Source of the DNA: Lepidodermella squamata
Lineage: Eukaryota; Animalia; Gastrotricha
Assembly (NCBI GenBank): GCA_047495785.1
Contig: JBLDXI010000016.1
Coordinates: 496,001 to 560,000 of the forward strand
Direction: 5' to 3'
DNA length: 64,000 nt
Shown here piece by piece: positions 63,329 through 64,000 of the stretch. The notes beneath the pieces were generated by a model. The model was not told the DNA's origin. It was given only the letters and a program-made list of their open reading frames with translations, and searched no databases. Every line of letters starts with the position of its first letter. Position 1 is the stretch's first letter. The position numbers and the translations under genes are program-made.

Positions 63329-63672
63329 TTAAAGCTTCTGGTAGTGAGTCGAGCTTGGATCAATAGGTCTGGCCCTAATTGGTTTACATTCATTCGAAAG
63401 ATTACACCAATCCTTCTGCGGCCCGAAAACCACAAACGCCCTGCACCTCGCTATATCACTGCACTTTTTGGCACACTTGTCCAGGGGCGAAGAAAAAGAT
63501 ATACCTCCAAGGACTCCAGACAAACAATCCATTGAAACTTGCTTGTAACCAGAAGGAACTGAATGGAAATTAGTGGTCAACTATTAAAGTCGACGTTTAC
63601 AACTCCTATGAACTTGCCTTGAGATGCAGCTAGCCCGATGAACATAGCCAAGAAGAGAACTGACTTGAACAT
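63329..63672 (-). CDS. Small secreted PAN/apple-like protein, paralog of 61606-61965
   Basis: Exons 63672-63618 (GC donor) and 63558-63329; CLSG..CAKKC..CRAF..CNLSNEC..YQKL. Confidence 0.8.
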
Positions 63673-64000
63673 GGTGTATGCAAACTTCCTCCAAAGCTAT
63701 GTATGAACTTTGACGAATAACAATCCCCTCTTCCCTGCTGCTTTATTCACAAGTCTTATCCTTATTGGTCTCATCTTCAGCTTTCAAGACATGAGCATTG
63801 TCGTACATCTCCTACCACACTGCGGGTGAGCCATCGACTTATAGATTTGTTCCAATAACTTTATTAATGAGTAAGTATTTCACAGCAGATTATTCTCGCC
63901 ATCAGTTAAGCAAATCGGTATGAGGTGGTAACACTGGCACCGTACGACCTGGTCACTCGAGTCCATGAACAGGCACGAATTCCGAGCCATGCAGCACTTG

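Overview
Eukaryotic (invertebrate animal-like) genomic DNA, AT-rich, with short spliceosomal introns (many about 50-60 nt) and many non-autonomous DNA transposons. It is not prokaryotic, and I found no rRNA, tRNA or CRISPR array. Gene models were built by hand from splice sites and paralog comparison. Family calls come from motif recognition and have not been checked by database search. Contents: (1) six GABA-B-like class C GPCR-family paralogs, of which four have Venus flytrap (VFT)+7TM (one intact, one with a TE in its last exon, two with premature stops) and two are VFT-only with no 7TM; (2) four copies of an unrecognised small secreted basic protein with a C..LCxNxSP[HQ]PF..W..SPDRR motif; (3) small secreted PAN/apple-like proteins (three intact, two decayed); (4) a mucin-repeat/AMOP protein, a Ly6/quiver-like protein, a class A GPCR, an intronless Cys-loop channel, a bacterial-type PQQ-like beta-propeller, a catalytically altered neprilysin (M13) and a trypsin pseudogene; (5) a three-exon gene at 13856-12456 that appears to encode only the FTP+PepSY propeptide of a vibriolysin/LasB-type M4 metalloprotease, with no catalytic domain. 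This last gene is the most striking feature and is a candidate stand-alone protease inhibitor or chaperone of bacterial ancestry.
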